64,000 nt of DNA, from assembly GCF_002087085.1 (NCBI RefSeq), contig NZ_MWQY01000004.1, forward strand, positions 62,001 to 126,000, read 5' to 3'. Of the stretch, positions 8,401-19,279 are shown in pieces; the stretch's first letter is position 1; each line of letters starts with the position of its first letter. Below the pieces are notes generated by a model. It saw only the letters and a program-made list of their open reading frames with translations, ran no database searches and was not told the DNA's origin. Made by a program: the position numbers and the translations under genes.

Positions 8401-11194
8401 GGCGGCTTACCTGCCAGCGCCTCCTGATCAGTTCTCCCCGGATTTCCTTACGTGGACCGCTGTATGCTGCACCGTCGGGTCGCACAAATACAGCCTCCAC
8501 GGAGACCTTCTCCCCGGCTTTTACAAAGGTGGACCAGCCGCCCTCGTGTCCGTCAAGAAACCTGGACCCGATGTAGAAGGCCGCCGGATGTACCAGCACC
8601 GAAGCCCGGGCGGCCAGTTCCTGCCTTGACTGGTCCCGGACGGCAAGCTCTGCCTGATAACGGTAGGGGAGCCCCGGAATATGATCTCCCCCGCTCTCCC
8701 GGGAGAGCAGAACCGTCCCCGTTCCGTCCAGGGCGCCCCGGTCCTCCTCCACGACCTGAAGTCCGCCCCAGCGCCGGGGAGCGAAGCGATAATCCCGCCA
8801 GGATGTTCCCGGGGGGACATAGGACCAGGGTTCCCGCATCCATAGGCTGTGGTAGAGACCTCCGGCAAGGGAGCCTCCGGAGAGGAAACGGGCCGTCCCT
8901 GTCATGTTGACGGTATCCCCGGAATAAAGCAGCCTCTCGGGGGATTGAAGCTTTACCTCGAAGGCCGCCCTGCGGAACTCCGCCACGGTAAAGGGGATCT
9001 CCTCGGTATGCCCCTCCCGCCGGTAGATGATGCGGTACTGTCCCGGCTCGAGCTCCTCGGGCAGGGTAAAACTGCCGTAAAAGCCGCCGGAAGCACTGCT
9101 TGTGCCCTCCGCACGATGGAAGGCCTCGGCCCTGTAGCGCTGCTCGCTCACCTCCAGGGTATAGGGTCCCTGGTAGGGGCTGTAGCTTCCGGCGCTCCAG
9201 CTGCGGTCGATTCCCCGGAAGGTTACCGTCTCGCCCTTCCGGTAGAGTCCCCGGTCGGTAAAGATAAAAGCCTCCATGCGCTCTTCCTCGATACTGCCGG
9301 GACGGGTAAAAGAGTAGACGCCGAAGTGATACTGGTTATGGGACCCGTTGGGGATAAACTCCGCCCTGTCCGCACCATTGCTTACACGGATACGCAGCCT
9401 GTCTCTCCCATCCACCAGAAAAAACCTTGAGTACTCACCCTCGGAAAAGGAAATTTCCCCCAGCCCTGACTGGTCGGTCAGGGTTTCAGCCAGAGCTGTC
9501 CGGTTTCTGAGGAGCTCCACCCGGGCCCCGGCTATCGGCTCTCCCGTCGACAGGGAGGCCGCCCAGACCAGGGCCCTGTTGTGGGCGATCCGCGTCGTTA
9601 TTCCGATATCGGTGACCTGAAGCTGAAGGTTGCGCTGTTCCCAGGAATTTCGCTTGCCCTTTTTCTCCTCACCGAAATTCCAGGAGATACCCACAGTGCC
9701 GAAGCCCTGAGGATTCAGGTAAGGAGAAAGATCGAGAACCTCAAAGTGCTTGGTATTCCGGGGGAGGCTGGAAAAATCGTAGGGTTCCAGGGCCTTCGCA
9801 TCAAAGGATGAGTAGGGATCATCGATGGACGATATGTGCCAGAGCCCGTCAAAAACATTCTGATACTCATAGATGATCTTCGGGTCAAACTGTGCTTCCA
9901 GCATGCGGCTTCCGGTGTCGGGAAAATAGTAGTACCTGGTTGCGGGTCCTACCTCCACATCCAGGCTTTCACCCGCAGCCAGGCTCCTGCCGTGGACATC
10001 CCTGAGCCCCGGGGCAATATCCACCCTGTAGACCGACTCATACTCCACCGGCAGATTGTTGAGCTTGATGGTATTGTCCCAGATCTCGATATGATCGGCG
10101 ATATCATCGACCTCCAGGCTGGTGGAAATAAAAGGGGCTATCTCCTCCGGCTCCGTCTCCCCCAGGGGATGGCTGAACTCGAGGAAGAGGGGATTCGCAT
10201 CCCCCTTGTCGCTCCCGGGAAAGGTATAGGAATAACTGCGCATGCGTCTGAAGACGAAGGGTTTCAGGGTCCGGAAGCTGCGCATCGAATCCTCCGTCCT
10301 TCCAAGGTATCCCTCGTCGGAAGCCGCGCCGGATTTCAGTACAACCTGGACATCACTGTCCTCAGGCAGGATCCTGTCCAGGGTCAGGACCAGGGTCCGT
10401 TCCAGTCGCTGCGCCGGTCCATCAAAGCTCTCCTCCCCGGGCCTTTCGGCCCTGAAGGAGTACTCAGTATTCCCGCTCCGGACCGACAGAAAGGAGGCTG
10501 TATACTCCGGATTCACCGGCCAGGTGAACTCACAGGTAATGTGCCGGGCGGTTTCCGGGGGAACGTCATCCTGATCAACCAGACCGAAGCTTTCCGGTTT
10601 TCCGGCGTAAACCTGGGAGAAATCGAGATGTTCCGTATGAAAGGTAAACTCCAGGGCTTCATCGAGCTTTTTACCCCCCAGGCTGGCAATTCCCCGCTTC
10701 AGGCTCACCCGATATTCCCGCTGCCCCTCAAAAGGCTGAGAGGGCTCAAAGCTGAGCAGGCGTGAACCGTACCAGCGAAAGAAACCGTCCACAGGAGGCT
10801 CGATGCTCAGATGGGGATGCGTCTTCAGGGGATCTCCCAGCTTCGAAAGGGGGACCATGGGCTGGTTGAAAGCCACATAGATATCCGGTCTCTTCATCTC
10901 CACCGGAAGCTCCCCTTCAGGGCCATAAGCCGTTACCGTCAGGGAATCAGCGGTCTCAACAGGAGAAAAAAACTCGTCTCCTTTGACGTCGGCATCGTAA
11001 TAGACGATTCCCCCCTCCCGGTTCAGGGACGACTCTTTCAACCCCAGCTGCAGCGCCTCACTTGCAGCACCTCCCTTTACGGCGGAGCTAAAACTCACTT
11101 CGGGAGCCCCTCCACAGCCGGTAATCGAGACTGCAAAAAAAATAGATAAAACCGGGAAAATAAAGCCTTTAAGGATGAGACCGATGTTTTTCAT
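5399..11194 (-). CDS. Bacterial alpha-2-macroglobulin family lipoprotein
   Basis: ~1930 aa; lipobox ITGC; FTDRGLYRKGE, AVDRGV, LPDTLTTYR, QNRDGGFGY motifs. Start placed at MKNIG (uncertain). Confidence 0.9.
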   Translation of the reverse strand: MKNIGLILKGFIFPVLSIFFAVSITGCGGAPEVSFSSAVKGGAASEALQLGLKESSLNREGGIVYYDADVKGDEFFSPVETADSLTVTAYGPEGELPVEMKRPDIYVAFNQPMVPLSKLGDPLKTHPHLSIEPPVDGFFRWYGSRLLSFEPSQPFEGQREYRVSLKRGIASLGGKKLDEALEFTFHTEHLDFSQVYAGKPESFGLVDQDDVPPETARHITCEFTWPVNPEYTASFLSVRSGNTEYSFRAERPGEESFDGPAQRLERTLVLTLDRILPEDSDVQVVLKSGAASDEGYLGRTEDSMRSFRTLKPFVFRRMRSYSYTFPGSDKGDANPLFLEFSHPLGETEPEEIAPFISTSLEVDDIADHIEIWDNTIKLNNLPVEYESVYRVDIAPGLRDVHGRSLAAGESLDVEVGPATRYYYFPDTGSRMLEAQFDPKIIYEYQNVFDGLWHISSIDDPYSSFDAKALEPYDFSSLPRNTKHFEVLDLSPYLNPQGFGTVGISWNFGEEKKGKRNSWEQRNLQLQVTDIGITTRIAHNRALVWAASLSTGEPIAGARVELLRNRTALAETLTDQSGLGEISFSEGEYSRFFLVDGRDRLRIRVSNGADRAEFIPNGSHNQYHFGVYSFTRPGSIEEERMEAFIFTDRGLYRKGETVTFRGIDRSWSAGSYSPYQGPYTLEVSEQRYRAEAFHRAEGTSSASGGFYGSFTLPEELEPGQYRIIYRREGHTEEIPFTVAEFRRAAFEVKLQSPERLLYSGDTVNMTGTARFLSGGSLAGGLYHSLWMREPWSYVPPGTSWRDYRFAPRRWGGLQVVEEDRGALDGTGTVLLSRESGGDHIPGLPYRYQAELAVRDQSRQELAARASVLVHPAAFYIGSRFLDGHEGGWSTFVKAGEKVSVEAVFVRPDGAAYSGPRKEIRGELIRRRWQVSRQRGVYDRLNNRYELVEEPVSAFDLEAGKERLEFQITPPEAGEYLLRISAADGEGRRALSEIDFYATGSSYVQWNQPDPGDIELVPDREQYSPGDTARILVKSPLPSGTYLLTVERESIVEERFVELSGSAATIDVPVRGEHIPVVYVALSSHTRRGEAPKSYFDPDLGKPRGLFGIARLRVSPESLALDVSVSQDKKLYRPGDEGRARIRVSSGGVPVEAAEVTLLAVDRGVVDLVDYHVPDPMSFFYAEHKFPLGVLGADSRSLLINPVTYEVRDLQGGDGDDEGKLERRKDFSPLAVFEPVLVTGPDGYAEAVFTLPDTLTTYRVTAVAVKGNRFGLKEEELAVRNPITMRAALPRKLRMRDTAEAGVVLTNLSAEVQEIDLACTSPEPEIRVHGESRKSLSLGPGESREVTFTLLAEESGEAKLEFTLRSGVLSEILESTLTVDKPLVRESFTIAGTLDESDTAQEALLVPSSIAPGYGSISLRLSPNPLGPLKDLVERLLETDYEILEGEMFRVLPHLVLKDKLEFFNTVHDSREVEKFFTMLKGYQNRDGGFGYRPGSEYSSAWLSVRLAHYLALARVGDFDVQEPDTDRLMAYLKGLYGNGTLSDFTRLYSLYVRSLLRDRPEEELKDALSRGDALGISGYALLALSFNEIGRPDKGGEILERVRKFLKLGTRSLDITETYEKRFYFDSELTALSLLQMALHSLDDPASLLTRVQNTLIQRQRYGRWGTLNDNTWVLISFAESFRDFIESSGELNAEVSLQGQTILSASSENPDPVSAELPLFEEPAASLPRDTVLPLSFNRSGSSPVFYSGTISYGLPAEAALPRDEGFSVYTSMESLDGKKVTTLAAGETYRVRVTVSSARDRSMALLRVPVPSGCEIVDANLISTRSYAEEGGADGGSFQRETVYGEEITVLDEGYYYPDLMIFRSLAPERKILDNEARCYFRHFYAGQQKLDFLVRATGKGIFPTPPAEIRGIYEEEVFGRGAGRLVIIE

Positions 11195-11359
11195 TTTTAC
11201 CTTGTTCCTGCCCTTGATGTTTTTGCTGATTTCGAAAGCCAGTATAGCAACATTCACCAGGACACTCCACAAGAAAAGACAGGCAGAACCATCACTTGAT
11301 AATTTTTCCGGAATAAGAAGTGCCGGAGCCGGTGATATGGATTACAATGAAAGGGAGGA

Positions 11360-12505
11360 ATGGAAATCAACACAAAAACCAAGGCAGGTCTCATTACCGT
11401 GATCCGGGTACTGCGAAGACTCTGGACGGGCGGGCCAGCCAGCCGGGCTACACTGGCCCGGGAGCTCGAACTGGACAAGTCGACCCTGACCAAGGTATGC
11501 GGAAGGCTGATCAAGGCCGGTCTCATACACCGGGTCATGGAAGGTACGGTAGGGCGTCAGGGCGGAAGACGTCCCACCCTGCTGGACATCAGGGCCGCGA
11601 AAGGAGCCGTCGCCGGTCTGGAAATTCAGCCGGACCGCATACGCATGGTGTATACGGATCTTCAGGGGCAGACTCTTATGGAAGAGACCCGGGAAATCCT
11701 CAGCAGCAACAGAAAACTCAGCGCCATACTCGATACAGTGGCAGAAGGTTTCTCCCGCGACCGTGACGGACTCCCCGTTCTGGGAGCGGGCATCGCCATC
11801 CCGGGGATCATCGATCCATGGGAGGGAAAAATTCTCCGATCAACACCCCTGCAGGTGGACAAGGCCTTCCCCCTGGCAGAGGAGATGGAGCAGCGCCTTG
11901 CGGTTCCGGTGATCTGCGATAACGATGCCAACTGCTGCGCCTGGGGATCCATTTTCGCTATACCCGACCTGGGAAACCGGACCAGTTTCGCAGCCCTGCT
12001 TGGGGATCTTCGGGGCAGTGTTTTGTCCACCGGCTTCTCCCTTGTCCTCGGGGGCGAAGAGGTCTACCACGGTTCCGGATATTCCGCCGGAGAGTTCCGG
12101 AGCATCTTCTGTCCCGAAGGAGGGGACAGGCAGTTTGCCGCTGCTGCACGGCCCCGGGAAGAAACACTCCCGGCTCATACCCCGGCAGACACTATGGAGG
12201 AACTCTGCCGAAATACAGCCTTCCTGGTGAATATGCTGAACCTCAATGCCGTTGCCATCGCCGGGACCCTGGCGGATGAGCGTGAAACCTTCAGTTCCAC
12301 CCTTCAGCGGGAGATCAGGCGCAACTGGATTTATCCCCCCGCCCCTGAATGCCCGGTCTATTGCGCCCCCGGAGGAAAGCACTCGTCCGCCTTCGGCGCC
12401 GCCGCACTCTTTCTGCGGCAGCTCTGCCGGGTTCCTGTTCTGAGCAGAACAGGATACGGTTACGACGGAAGCCTGTTTCTCAGGGTTTTCGGTTCCTCCC
12501 TCTGA
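11360..12505 (+). CDS. ROK family transcriptional regulator
   Basis: N-terminal HTH ([17 protein letters not shown]), GGRRP, GIAIPG, NDANCCA, GYSAGEF; SD GGGAGG. Confidence 0.88.
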   Translation: MEINTKTKAGLITVIRVLRRLWTGGPASRATLARELELDKSTLTKVCGRLIKAGLIHRVMEGTVGRQGGRRPTLLDIRAAKGAVAGLEIQPDRIRMVYTDLQGQTLMEETREILSSNRKLSAILDTVAEGFSRDRDGLPVLGAGIAIPGIIDPWEGKILRSTPLQVDKAFPLAEEMEQRLAVPVICDNDANCCAWGSIFAIPDLGNRTSFAALLGDLRGSVLSTGFSLVLGGEEVYHGSGYSAGEFRSIFCPEGGDRQFAAAARPREETLPAHTPADTMEELCRNTAFLVNMLNLNAVAIAGTLADERETFSSTLQREIRRNWIYPPAPECPVYCAPGGKHSSAFGAAALFLRQLCRVPVLSRTGYGYDGSLFLRVFGSSL

Positions 12506-12612
12506 TCCGGGTCATCATCATCCGGAAAACGGCTTGCCTTCTCATTCCTGACTATTTAGATTATATATACGGTTTCAAGAAAACCGACAACTCAAAATCC
12601 GAGGAGGACTAT

Positions 12613-13218
12613 ATGAGTCATACTTTACCCGATCTGCCCTATGCGTTTAACGCGCTGGAACCATATATCGATGCCCGTACCATGGAAATTCATCATGACA
12701 AACACCACGGAGGCTATGTATCGAAACTGAACGATGCCCTGTCAAAGCACCCGAATCTGGCGGAGAAACCCCTGGAAGAGCTGCTGTCGGATCTCAGCGC
12801 CGTTCCAGAGGATATCCGTACCGCCGTCCGGAATAACGGCGGTGGTCACTTCAACCACAGTCTCTTCTGGAAGGTCCTGGGTCCCGGAGGCGGCAGTCCC
12901 GAGGGAGACCTCAAAGCGGCTCTGGAGAGCACCTTCGGCAGCCTGGAGGCTTTCAAGGAGAGTTTCAGCAATGCCGCGGCGACCCGTTTCGGCAGCGGCT
13001 GGGCATGGCTGTCCGTTGATTCCCAGGGAAAACTGGTGGTTCACTCAACCCCGAACCAGGACACGCCCCTGGCAGAAGGCCTGCGTCCGATCCTCGGACT
13101 GGATGTCTGGGAACACGCCTACTACCTGAATTATCAGAACCGCAGGCCCGAATACATCAAATCCTTCTGGGAAGTGGTCAACTGGAAGCAGGTGGCAAAG
13201 AACTTCAGCGCTGCATGA
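12613..13218 (+). CDS. sodA: Superoxide dismutase (Mn-type signature)
   Basis: [53 protein letters not shown] before ATG 12613. Confidence 0.93.
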   Translation: MSHTLPDLPYAFNALEPYIDARTMEIHHDKHHGGYVSKLNDALSKHPNLAEKPLEELLSDLSAVPEDIRTAVRNNGGGHFNHSLFWKVLGPGGGSPEGDLKAALESTFGSLEAFKESFSNAAATRFGSGWAWLSVDSQGKLVVHSTPNQDTPLAEGLRPILGLDVWEHAYYLNYQNRRPEYIKSFWEVVNWKQVAKNFSAA

Positions 13219-13229
13219 GAAATCAGCTG

Positions 13230-13261
13230 GCTCTCCCGCCCCCAAGGCGGGAGAGCTTTTC
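13230..13261 (+). terminator. Rho-independent terminator after sodA
   Basis: GCTCTCCCGCC-loop-GGCGGGAGAGC followed by TTTT. Confidence 0.85.
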
Positions 13262-13352
13262 TGCCGAAAGGCAGGGTATTTTGCCTTTTGGGAACCTCTA
13301 AAACCAGAGGCGCCTTTGATAAAATCCGGAAAAAGGTCTACCCTTATGGGGT

Positions 13353-14390
13353 ATGAAACGTGACTCCTCTGCCAGCGATCTTGTCAAGCTCTCCTATTTT
13401 GCCGACATGGCAAAGAGGATTACCTCCGCGTATACCGTCTCCGAAACAATAAAAGCCCTTCAGCATCATATAGGAACAATATTCTCTCCCAGGAACTGGT
13501 CCATCCTGCTCACCGAGCCGGAGAGCGGAAAGCTTCGTTTTCAGGAGGTTACCGGAGAGGGGGCCGACAAGCTGAGGGGACAGGAAATACCCCGGGGCTC
13601 GGGAATCGCCGGCTGGATAGCGCGAAACGCTCTGCCCCTGATCGTGGAGGATGTCTCCAAAGATCCGCGTTTTGATCCAAGCATGGACGAACTGATAGGA
13701 TTTACCACCAAATCCATCATAGGGGTACCCCTCATCAACCGCGGCAGGGTTTTCGGCGTAATCGAACTTGTCAATAAACTTGACGGAACCAGCTTCAGTC
13801 CCCTGGAGCTGAAAACCCTGGTCACCATCGCCGAATTCGGGGCTATCGCGATAGAGAAAGCCTATTATACCGCGGCCCTGAAAAGAATCGCCATGACCGA
13901 CCCCCTTACCGGAGCACTCAACCGGCGGGGCATGGAAAAATCCCTGGAACGGGAACTTTCGCGGTGCAAACGAAAAAGCGCACCCGTCACGATCCTCATG
14001 TTCGATGTCGACCATTTCAAGGAGATCAACGACACCTACGGGCACATCAAGGGAGACGAAGTGCTGAAGGAACTGGCGGATGTCCTGAAAAAAAATGTCC
14101 GAAAAGCGGATATTATCTGCCGCTACGGAGGCGATGAGTTTGCGGTCATCATGCCCGAAGCAGGCCCGGAAAAGGCCGAGTTTGTCAAAAGCCGGATCCA
14201 GGCCCATCTTGCCATCGAAAACGATCGGCGGGAATTCCCCTTCGGCGTCAGCATCGGTATCCATTCCGGAGAACCCGATACCCTGGCGGATATCTTCGAT
14301 TCCGCCGACAAGGCCCTCTATTTTGAAAAGACCCGCAAGATTGAGATGGACATAGACAATCTGAGTACAAATCTGCCGGAATTCCTCTGA
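13353..14390 (+). CDS. GAF + GGDEF diguanylate cyclase
   Basis: GAF (GSGIAGW..DPRF..GVIEL); TDPLTG; RKAD I-site; RYGGDEF intact. Confidence 0.92.
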   Translation: MKRDSSASDLVKLSYFADMAKRITSAYTVSETIKALQHHIGTIFSPRNWSILLTEPESGKLRFQEVTGEGADKLRGQEIPRGSGIAGWIARNALPLIVEDVSKDPRFDPSMDELIGFTTKSIIGVPLINRGRVFGVIELVNKLDGTSFSPLELKTLVTIAEFGAIAIEKAYYTAALKRIAMTDPLTGALNRRGMEKSLERELSRCKRKSAPVTILMFDVDHFKEINDTYGHIKGDEVLKELADVLKKNVRKADIICRYGGDEFAVIMPEAGPEKAEFVKSRIQAHLAIENDRREFPFGVSIGIHSGEPDTLADIFDSADKALYFEKTRKIEMDIDNLSTNLPEFL

Positions 14391-14452
14391 TCAATCCATT
14401 GCCGTACATGGCGCTCTTGCTCATCTGCCGCAGGGAGTGATACTGTTCGCCC

Positions 14453-15424
14453 ATGTCCGGATCCATCGCCCCCCTTATCCTGGAAAAACTTGCCGTCCTT
14501 TTTCTTCTTATCGGGACCGGCGGCTTAGTACGCAAAGCAGGCCTCATCTCCGAGGAAGGAGAATCCGTCGTCAGCACCCTGCTGGTGGACCTCTTCTGGC
14601 CGGCTCTTATCTTTACCTCCATTACCATGAACCTGAGCAGGGACGATATTCTCCGCAATATCAGCCTGCCCCTCTTTGCGGCTGTAACCATCCTCACCGG
14701 CGGAGGTCTGGGACTTATCGCCGTAAAGCTGATGAAATACCGGGGTGTCCGGCGAAACAGCTTTCTGTTCCAGAGTATGATGAACAACTTCGTCTTTCTG
14801 GTTCTTCCTTTTGCAGTCCTCTTCCTTCCCGAACGGGGAGCGGGACTTCTTTTTGTGCATAACCTGGGGACAATCCTGCTTCTCTGGACTCTCTGCGTCC
14901 CGGTGCTGCAGGGAGAAAACCGCGACAGGGAAAAGGTACTGTTCAAGAGCCTTCTGAAGAACCCGGGAATCATATCCACCCTGGCTGCCATTATCCTGGT
15001 GCTGACAGGGCTCAATACCCGGCTCCCCGCGGCGATTACAATAACCATGGATTATCTTGGTGCCCCCACCATGGCCGTTGCGATGCTGGTAGCCGGTTCA
15101 CGAATCGCGGGAACCGGCCTCAAGGCAGTCCGCCTGGACGCCTGGAACCTGCTGATCGCCCTGATACGGCTTATCCTGGTTCCCCTTATCCTGCTGGGAC
15201 TCTCCCTGATAATCTGGAACGCCGGACTGGCGGGCCCGGAGACCCTGCTGATCTTCATGCTGGTCAACATCGTCCCCGTGGGGGTCTTTTCCGTCAGCCT
15301 TGCCAACAAGTACAGGGCATCCCCGGAGCTCATGGCCCAGTCGGTCGCCCTGACTCACGTAATCGGCGCGGGTACAATGCTTGTCTGGCTGCTTGTACTG
15401 CAGAAGATGCCCTTTTTTCCCTGA
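14453..15424 (+). CDS. AEC (auxin efflux carrier/malate permease-like) family transporter
   Basis: ~10 hydrophobic segments, PALIF, NFVFLVLP, KNPGII, RLILVP. Confidence 0.8.
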   Translation: MSGSIAPLILEKLAVLFLLIGTGGLVRKAGLISEEGESVVSTLLVDLFWPALIFTSITMNLSRDDILRNISLPLFAAVTILTGGGLGLIAVKLMKYRGVRRNSFLFQSMMNNFVFLVLPFAVLFLPERGAGLLFVHNLGTILLLWTLCVPVLQGENRDREKVLFKSLLKNPGIISTLAAIILVLTGLNTRLPAAITITMDYLGAPTMAVAMLVAGSRIAGTGLKAVRLDAWNLLIALIRLILVPLILLGLSLIIWNAGLAGPETLLIFMLVNIVPVGVFSVSLANKYRASPELMAQSVALTHVIGAGTMLVWLLVLQKMPFFP

Positions 15425-15445
15425 TCCGACATAAGGAGGAGACCC

Positions 15446-15841
15446 ATGGACGCAGACCGTTTTTACCGCCGTATGCTGAAAATCGCCAAGGAGAAGAGCA
15501 GTGAGGAAGAACGCCTGGACTGGATCCGGGATGCCTTTGTGGAGGGGCTCCCTCCCCTTCCCGGAGAGATGGGCATCGACCTCTTCTGGGAAATCGCCGA
15601 TCTTCTGGATATGCGAAGCACCCTGCAGGAACAGCGGCCCCGGGAAGAGTTTCTGCAACTCGCCGTAATCCTTACCCAGGTGGTGGAACTCTTCCGGGAA
15701 GAGTTCGGCGCCACGGAAGGTGAGTTTCCCGATGGACTGTGGGAGATAGTACGGGACTGTGTAAACGACTACGCCCTGGAACTGGACGAGGACCTGTTAA
15801 ACTACCTTATGGGCCTGGTGCTGGATCACGGGAAGATATAG
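15446..15841 (+). CDS. Hypothetical acidic helical protein
   Basis: 131 aa ORF with strong SD AAGGAGGAG. Confidence 0.7.
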   Translation: MDADRFYRRMLKIAKEKSSEEERLDWIRDAFVEGLPPLPGEMGIDLFWEIADLLDMRSTLQEQRPREEFLQLAVILTQVVELFREEFGATEGEFPDGLWEIVRDCVNDYALELDEDLLNYLMGLVLDHGKI

Positions 15842-16503
15842 GCCAGCAGGGTAATAAAGATAAGCGCCGGAAGCAGGTTCGCGATCTTTATCTTTTTGAT
15901 CTCCAGAATCGACAGGCCAAGGCCCACCAGAAGTACACCCCCCACGGCGCTCAAGGCTGCGATCATCTCCGGAGTAAAGAGTTCGTGCAGCCAGGACGCA
16001 AAGAGGGTAAGTCCCCCCTGAAACAGAAAGAGAGGAAGCGCGGAAAAAAGGACCCCCACCCCCAGGGATGCAGCCAGGGCGATGGATGAGAAACCGTCCA
16101 GAACGGCCTTGGTCATCAGCAGGGTCGGCTCGCCCCCCAGCCCCTCCTCAAAAGCACCGAGAATCGTCATGGAACCCATGCAGAAGAGAAAAAACGCCGT
16201 AATGAGCCCCTCGGTAAAGCCGGCGTGGGATATCTTCAAACGTGTTTTCAGTCTGTCGCTCAGGGAGTTCAGCCCGGCATCGATATCCAGAAGCTCCCCC
16301 GTAATTGCACCAAGAACCAGACTGAAGATCATGATAAGATAACGGTCCGACTTGAAGGCCATAGTAAACCCCAGGACCAGGGTAAAAAGACCGATGGCCT
16401 GAAAGACGATCCCGCTGATCTTCCTGGGCATCCTGGAATGTATCAGCAGTCCCAGAAGACTGCCGGCAATCACGGTGGCGGTGTTGGTTATGGTTCCGAT
16501 CAT
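15826..16503 (-). CDS. DUF554 family membrane protein
   Basis: MIGTITN..., LFCMGSMTILG, KAVLDGFSS, LFQGGLT, KIANLLPAL. Confidence 0.88.
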   Translation of the reverse strand: MIGTITNTATVIAGSLLGLLIHSRMPRKISGIVFQAIGLFTLVLGFTMAFKSDRYLIMIFSLVLGAITGELLDIDAGLNSLSDRLKTRLKISHAGFTEGLITAFFLFCMGSMTILGAFEEGLGGEPTLLMTKAVLDGFSSIALAASLGVGVLFSALPLFLFQGGLTLFASWLHELFTPEMIAALSAVGGVLLVGLGLSILEIKKIKIANLLPALIFITLLAYIFP

Positions 16504-16598
16504 TGATGAAACTGGTACTCCTTTGATTCTGTTCAATGAGACAGTCTCAAGGATTCAGGAAAATCGCCTTTTCTGCAATACCCTGACGCCGCACATCT

Positions 16599-19049
16599 TC
16601 AGACCACGGGAAAAGTAATGTAAAACACGGGGACAGGTTTGCGGGAAAGCGTAATACTCCCCTGAAGCTGTTTGACAAAGGCTGGAATCAGCTGCATCCC
16701 CAGGGACCGGGCATCGTTAAAATCGATATCCTCCGGGAAAGGACGTCCGGAATTGGAAAGCGTAAGGGAATATTCACCCCTGCTGAAATCCTGCGTCAAC
16801 TGTACCGTGAAGGACGGATCTTTTTCTTCACCGAAGCCGTGTTTGAGAGCGTTTATCGCTATCTCGTTCGTCAGCAGCGCGATGGGTATCGCCCTCCGGT
16901 GGTCCATGGAAATCTCCGCGACATCGTTGACTATCCGGATCGGGAACGATGAAAATGAAAAGACCGTTTCCAGGACCTCCTGCAGGTAGGTATGCAGATT
17001 TATACTTGAGAAGCTGTTTCCCCGGTACAACCTGGTGTTAAGAATATTGATGGCCTCAATATGCCGTTCTATATCCGACAGATCAACCTGATTCTCCAGT
17101 GTCGTACTTTTAAGCCTGATGAGGGACAGAATCATCGCCAGGTTATTCTTTGCCCGGTGACTGAACTCCTTCATCAGATAATCCTTTTCCTCCACCAGGG
17201 ACTGCAGATGCTGCTCTTCGTTTTTCCTGCCGGTAATGTCCCTGACTATTACAACAAGCGCATTCTCGTTGGGAAGAGGAGTCGCGCTTACTTCTACAAA
17301 GAGGCTGTTGTCTCCCGCGGTCCGATGAATCGTCTCAAAGGTTTCTCCTCCGCTCTCCATAATCCGGTGAAGATGGTCGTGAACATCCTTTCCTGTCTCC
17401 AGCAGATCGATATCCCCGATGGACATCTCCAGAAGCTCCGCTCTCGGGAATCCGGTCAGCGAACAGTAGGCACCGTTGACATCGGTTATGTGTGCATTGC
17501 CGTCGATCAACAGAAAACCGTCCTGCATGGTATGAACGATGGTTCGGTACTTTTCTTCCGCCAGCTTCTGTTCGCTTATATCCATATTAAATCCGACGAA
17601 GCGGACAGGAACACCTTCCGCATTGAAGATCGCCTTGCCGCGGCCAGATATCCAGCGATAGCTGCCGTCTTTGGCCCGCAGGCGAAAGACAGATTCGTAT
17701 ATATCCCTGGCCCCCGAAAGATACTCCTCCACACTCCTGAAGGCCTGCTCCCTGTCCTCAGGATGCAGCAGCTCGCTCCAGGCTTCGGATGTGTAGGGCA
17801 GTTCATCGGGATCATAGCCCAGCATGCGGGCGAAACGGTCTGAATGATATGCCTCGTTGGTTTCCAGGTTCCAGTCCCAGAGCCCGTCCCGGCTGCCTTC
17901 AACTGCCATACGCAGGCGTTCCTCGCTGATCATGAGGGATTCCTCTGCTGCCCTGAGACTGGAAATATCGTGAAAAATAGCCTGCAGGCAGTCATCGTGA
18001 ACCTTTTTACTGTTCATGATCACCGGGACAAGAGTCCCGTCTTTTTTCCGGATATTACGTTCCCGCTGTACGGTTTCACCCGCGTATACACGGCGGTAGG
18101 AGAGGGGATGCTCCGCCATTTCCTGCTGATCAAAAAGCACCCGGATATTTCTGCCCACCAGTTCTTCCCGGGAATACCCGGTAAGCTCGGTCATGTTTCT
18201 GTTAGCTTCGGTGATTATCCCCTCGGCATTGCCTATAAGAATGCCGTCTGCAGCCTGTTCAAAAATTGCCTTGAACCGATGTTCGCTTCTTTTCAGCTGT
18301 ATTTCGACTTCCTTCTTTTCACTGATGTCCCTGGTAATCGACAAAATATGAGGTTCGCCGTTCAGGGTGATCAATCGTGCCGACATCAGACCGGTTTTCC
18401 GACTGCCGTCCCTGCAGCGGAATACGGATTCCAAGTTCTCAACGATTCCGTCCTGTTTCAAGCCATTGACCAGTTTTTCCCGGTCCTCAGGTGATGCCCA
18501 GATATCGATATCGGAGGAGAGACGGCCGATAACATCTTCCCGGGTGAATCCGGTCATAGAAGTAAATCCTTCGTTGATATCCACATAGAGACCATCGAGC
18601 CTGTTGATGTTTATCGAATCCGGGCTGGTCATGAATGCAGCCCGATACTTCTGCTCGCTCTCTTTAATCTTCGACGAGGCATCGAAGAGCTTGTAGGCCA
18701 TCCGGATTGATTCGATCAGGATAAATTCCCCCGAATTCTTGAGAACATATCCGTACCCGCTGATCTGTTCCACCCGGTCAACGTACTGCTTTTCCGAGTG
18801 GCTGGTTAAAAAGATTATGGGAAGGTCCCGGATTTCGAGGATGCCCGCGGCCGCCGCTGTTCCGTCCATACCCTTGCCGAGATCGATATCCATGAGAACA
18901 AGGGAAATATCCGGATCCGATTGTACCAGGGATATGGCATCCTCTCCGTTTAACGCCGTATCAACAATAAAGTTGTGCTTTTTCAGTACCCGTGCTTCGG
19001 AGAGGGCGATAATAGATTCATCCTCGACCAGCAATATTTTTTTCGGCAT
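16599..19049 (-). CDS. Receiver-multi-PAS histidine kinase (HisKA_2-type)
   Basis: N-terminal REC (LLVEDE, LMDI), about four PAS domains, HRAKNNL H-box, NEIAINALKHGF, SLGMQL. Confidence 0.9.
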   Translation of the reverse strand: MPKKILLVEDESIIALSEARVLKKHNFIVDTALNGEDAISLVQSDPDISLVLMDIDLGKGMDGTAAAAGILEIRDLPIIFLTSHSEKQYVDRVEQISGYGYVLKNSGEFILIESIRMAYKLFDASSKIKESEQKYRAAFMTSPDSININRLDGLYVDINEGFTSMTGFTREDVIGRLSSDIDIWASPEDREKLVNGLKQDGIVENLESVFRCRDGSRKTGLMSARLITLNGEPHILSITRDISEKKEVEIQLKRSEHRFKAIFEQAADGILIGNAEGIITEANRNMTELTGYSREELVGRNIRVLFDQQEMAEHPLSYRRVYAGETVQRERNIRKKDGTLVPVIMNSKKVHDDCLQAIFHDISSLRAAEESLMISEERLRMAVEGSRDGLWDWNLETNEAYHSDRFARMLGYDPDELPYTSEAWSELLHPEDREQAFRSVEEYLSGARDIYESVFRLRAKDGSYRWISGRGKAIFNAEGVPVRFVGFNMDISEQKLAEEKYRTIVHTMQDGFLLIDGNAHITDVNGAYCSLTGFPRAELLEMSIGDIDLLETGKDVHDHLHRIMESGGETFETIHRTAGDNSLFVEVSATPLPNENALVVIVRDITGRKNEEQHLQSLVEEKDYLMKEFSHRAKNNLAMILSLIRLKSTTLENQVDLSDIERHIEAINILNTRLYRGNSFSSINLHTYLQEVLETVFSFSSFPIRIVNDVAEISMDHRRAIPIALLTNEIAINALKHGFGEEKDPSFTVQLTQDFSRGEYSLTLSNSGRPFPEDIDFNDARSLGMQLIPAFVKQLQGSITLSRKPVPVFYITFPVV

Positions 19050-19250
19050 TCAGGTCCCCAGAACTCCACCGGCAAGATACCTAGAAGTATACGGGACTTT
19101 CAGCGGGAAAACAAACAGCTCTGGTCGAAAATACGGGTCCCGGAAGAAAACGTCTGAGCACATAAACAGGCAGGCCGGCAGAAATTACCGGCCTTTTTCG
19201 TGCATCATGCACAACGCGGCTGCAGGGCATACCGGGATCAGCGGGAAAAA

Positions 19251-19279
19251 TTGATTCGTCCCGGGAAATGTGATAGTCT
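19251..19279 (+). promoter_or_regulatory. Putative sigma70 promoter of the protease-cystatin unit
   Basis: TTGATT-N17-TAGTCT with an extended -10 TG. Confidence 0.45.

Noticed and set aside
3238..11149. Many long + strand ORFs opposite pbpC/A2M (and similar ones elsewhere, e.g. 38948-40339, 43462-44868, 57162-58490)
   Set aside because: Antisense shadow ORFs typical of GC-rich coding DNA; no recognisable motifs
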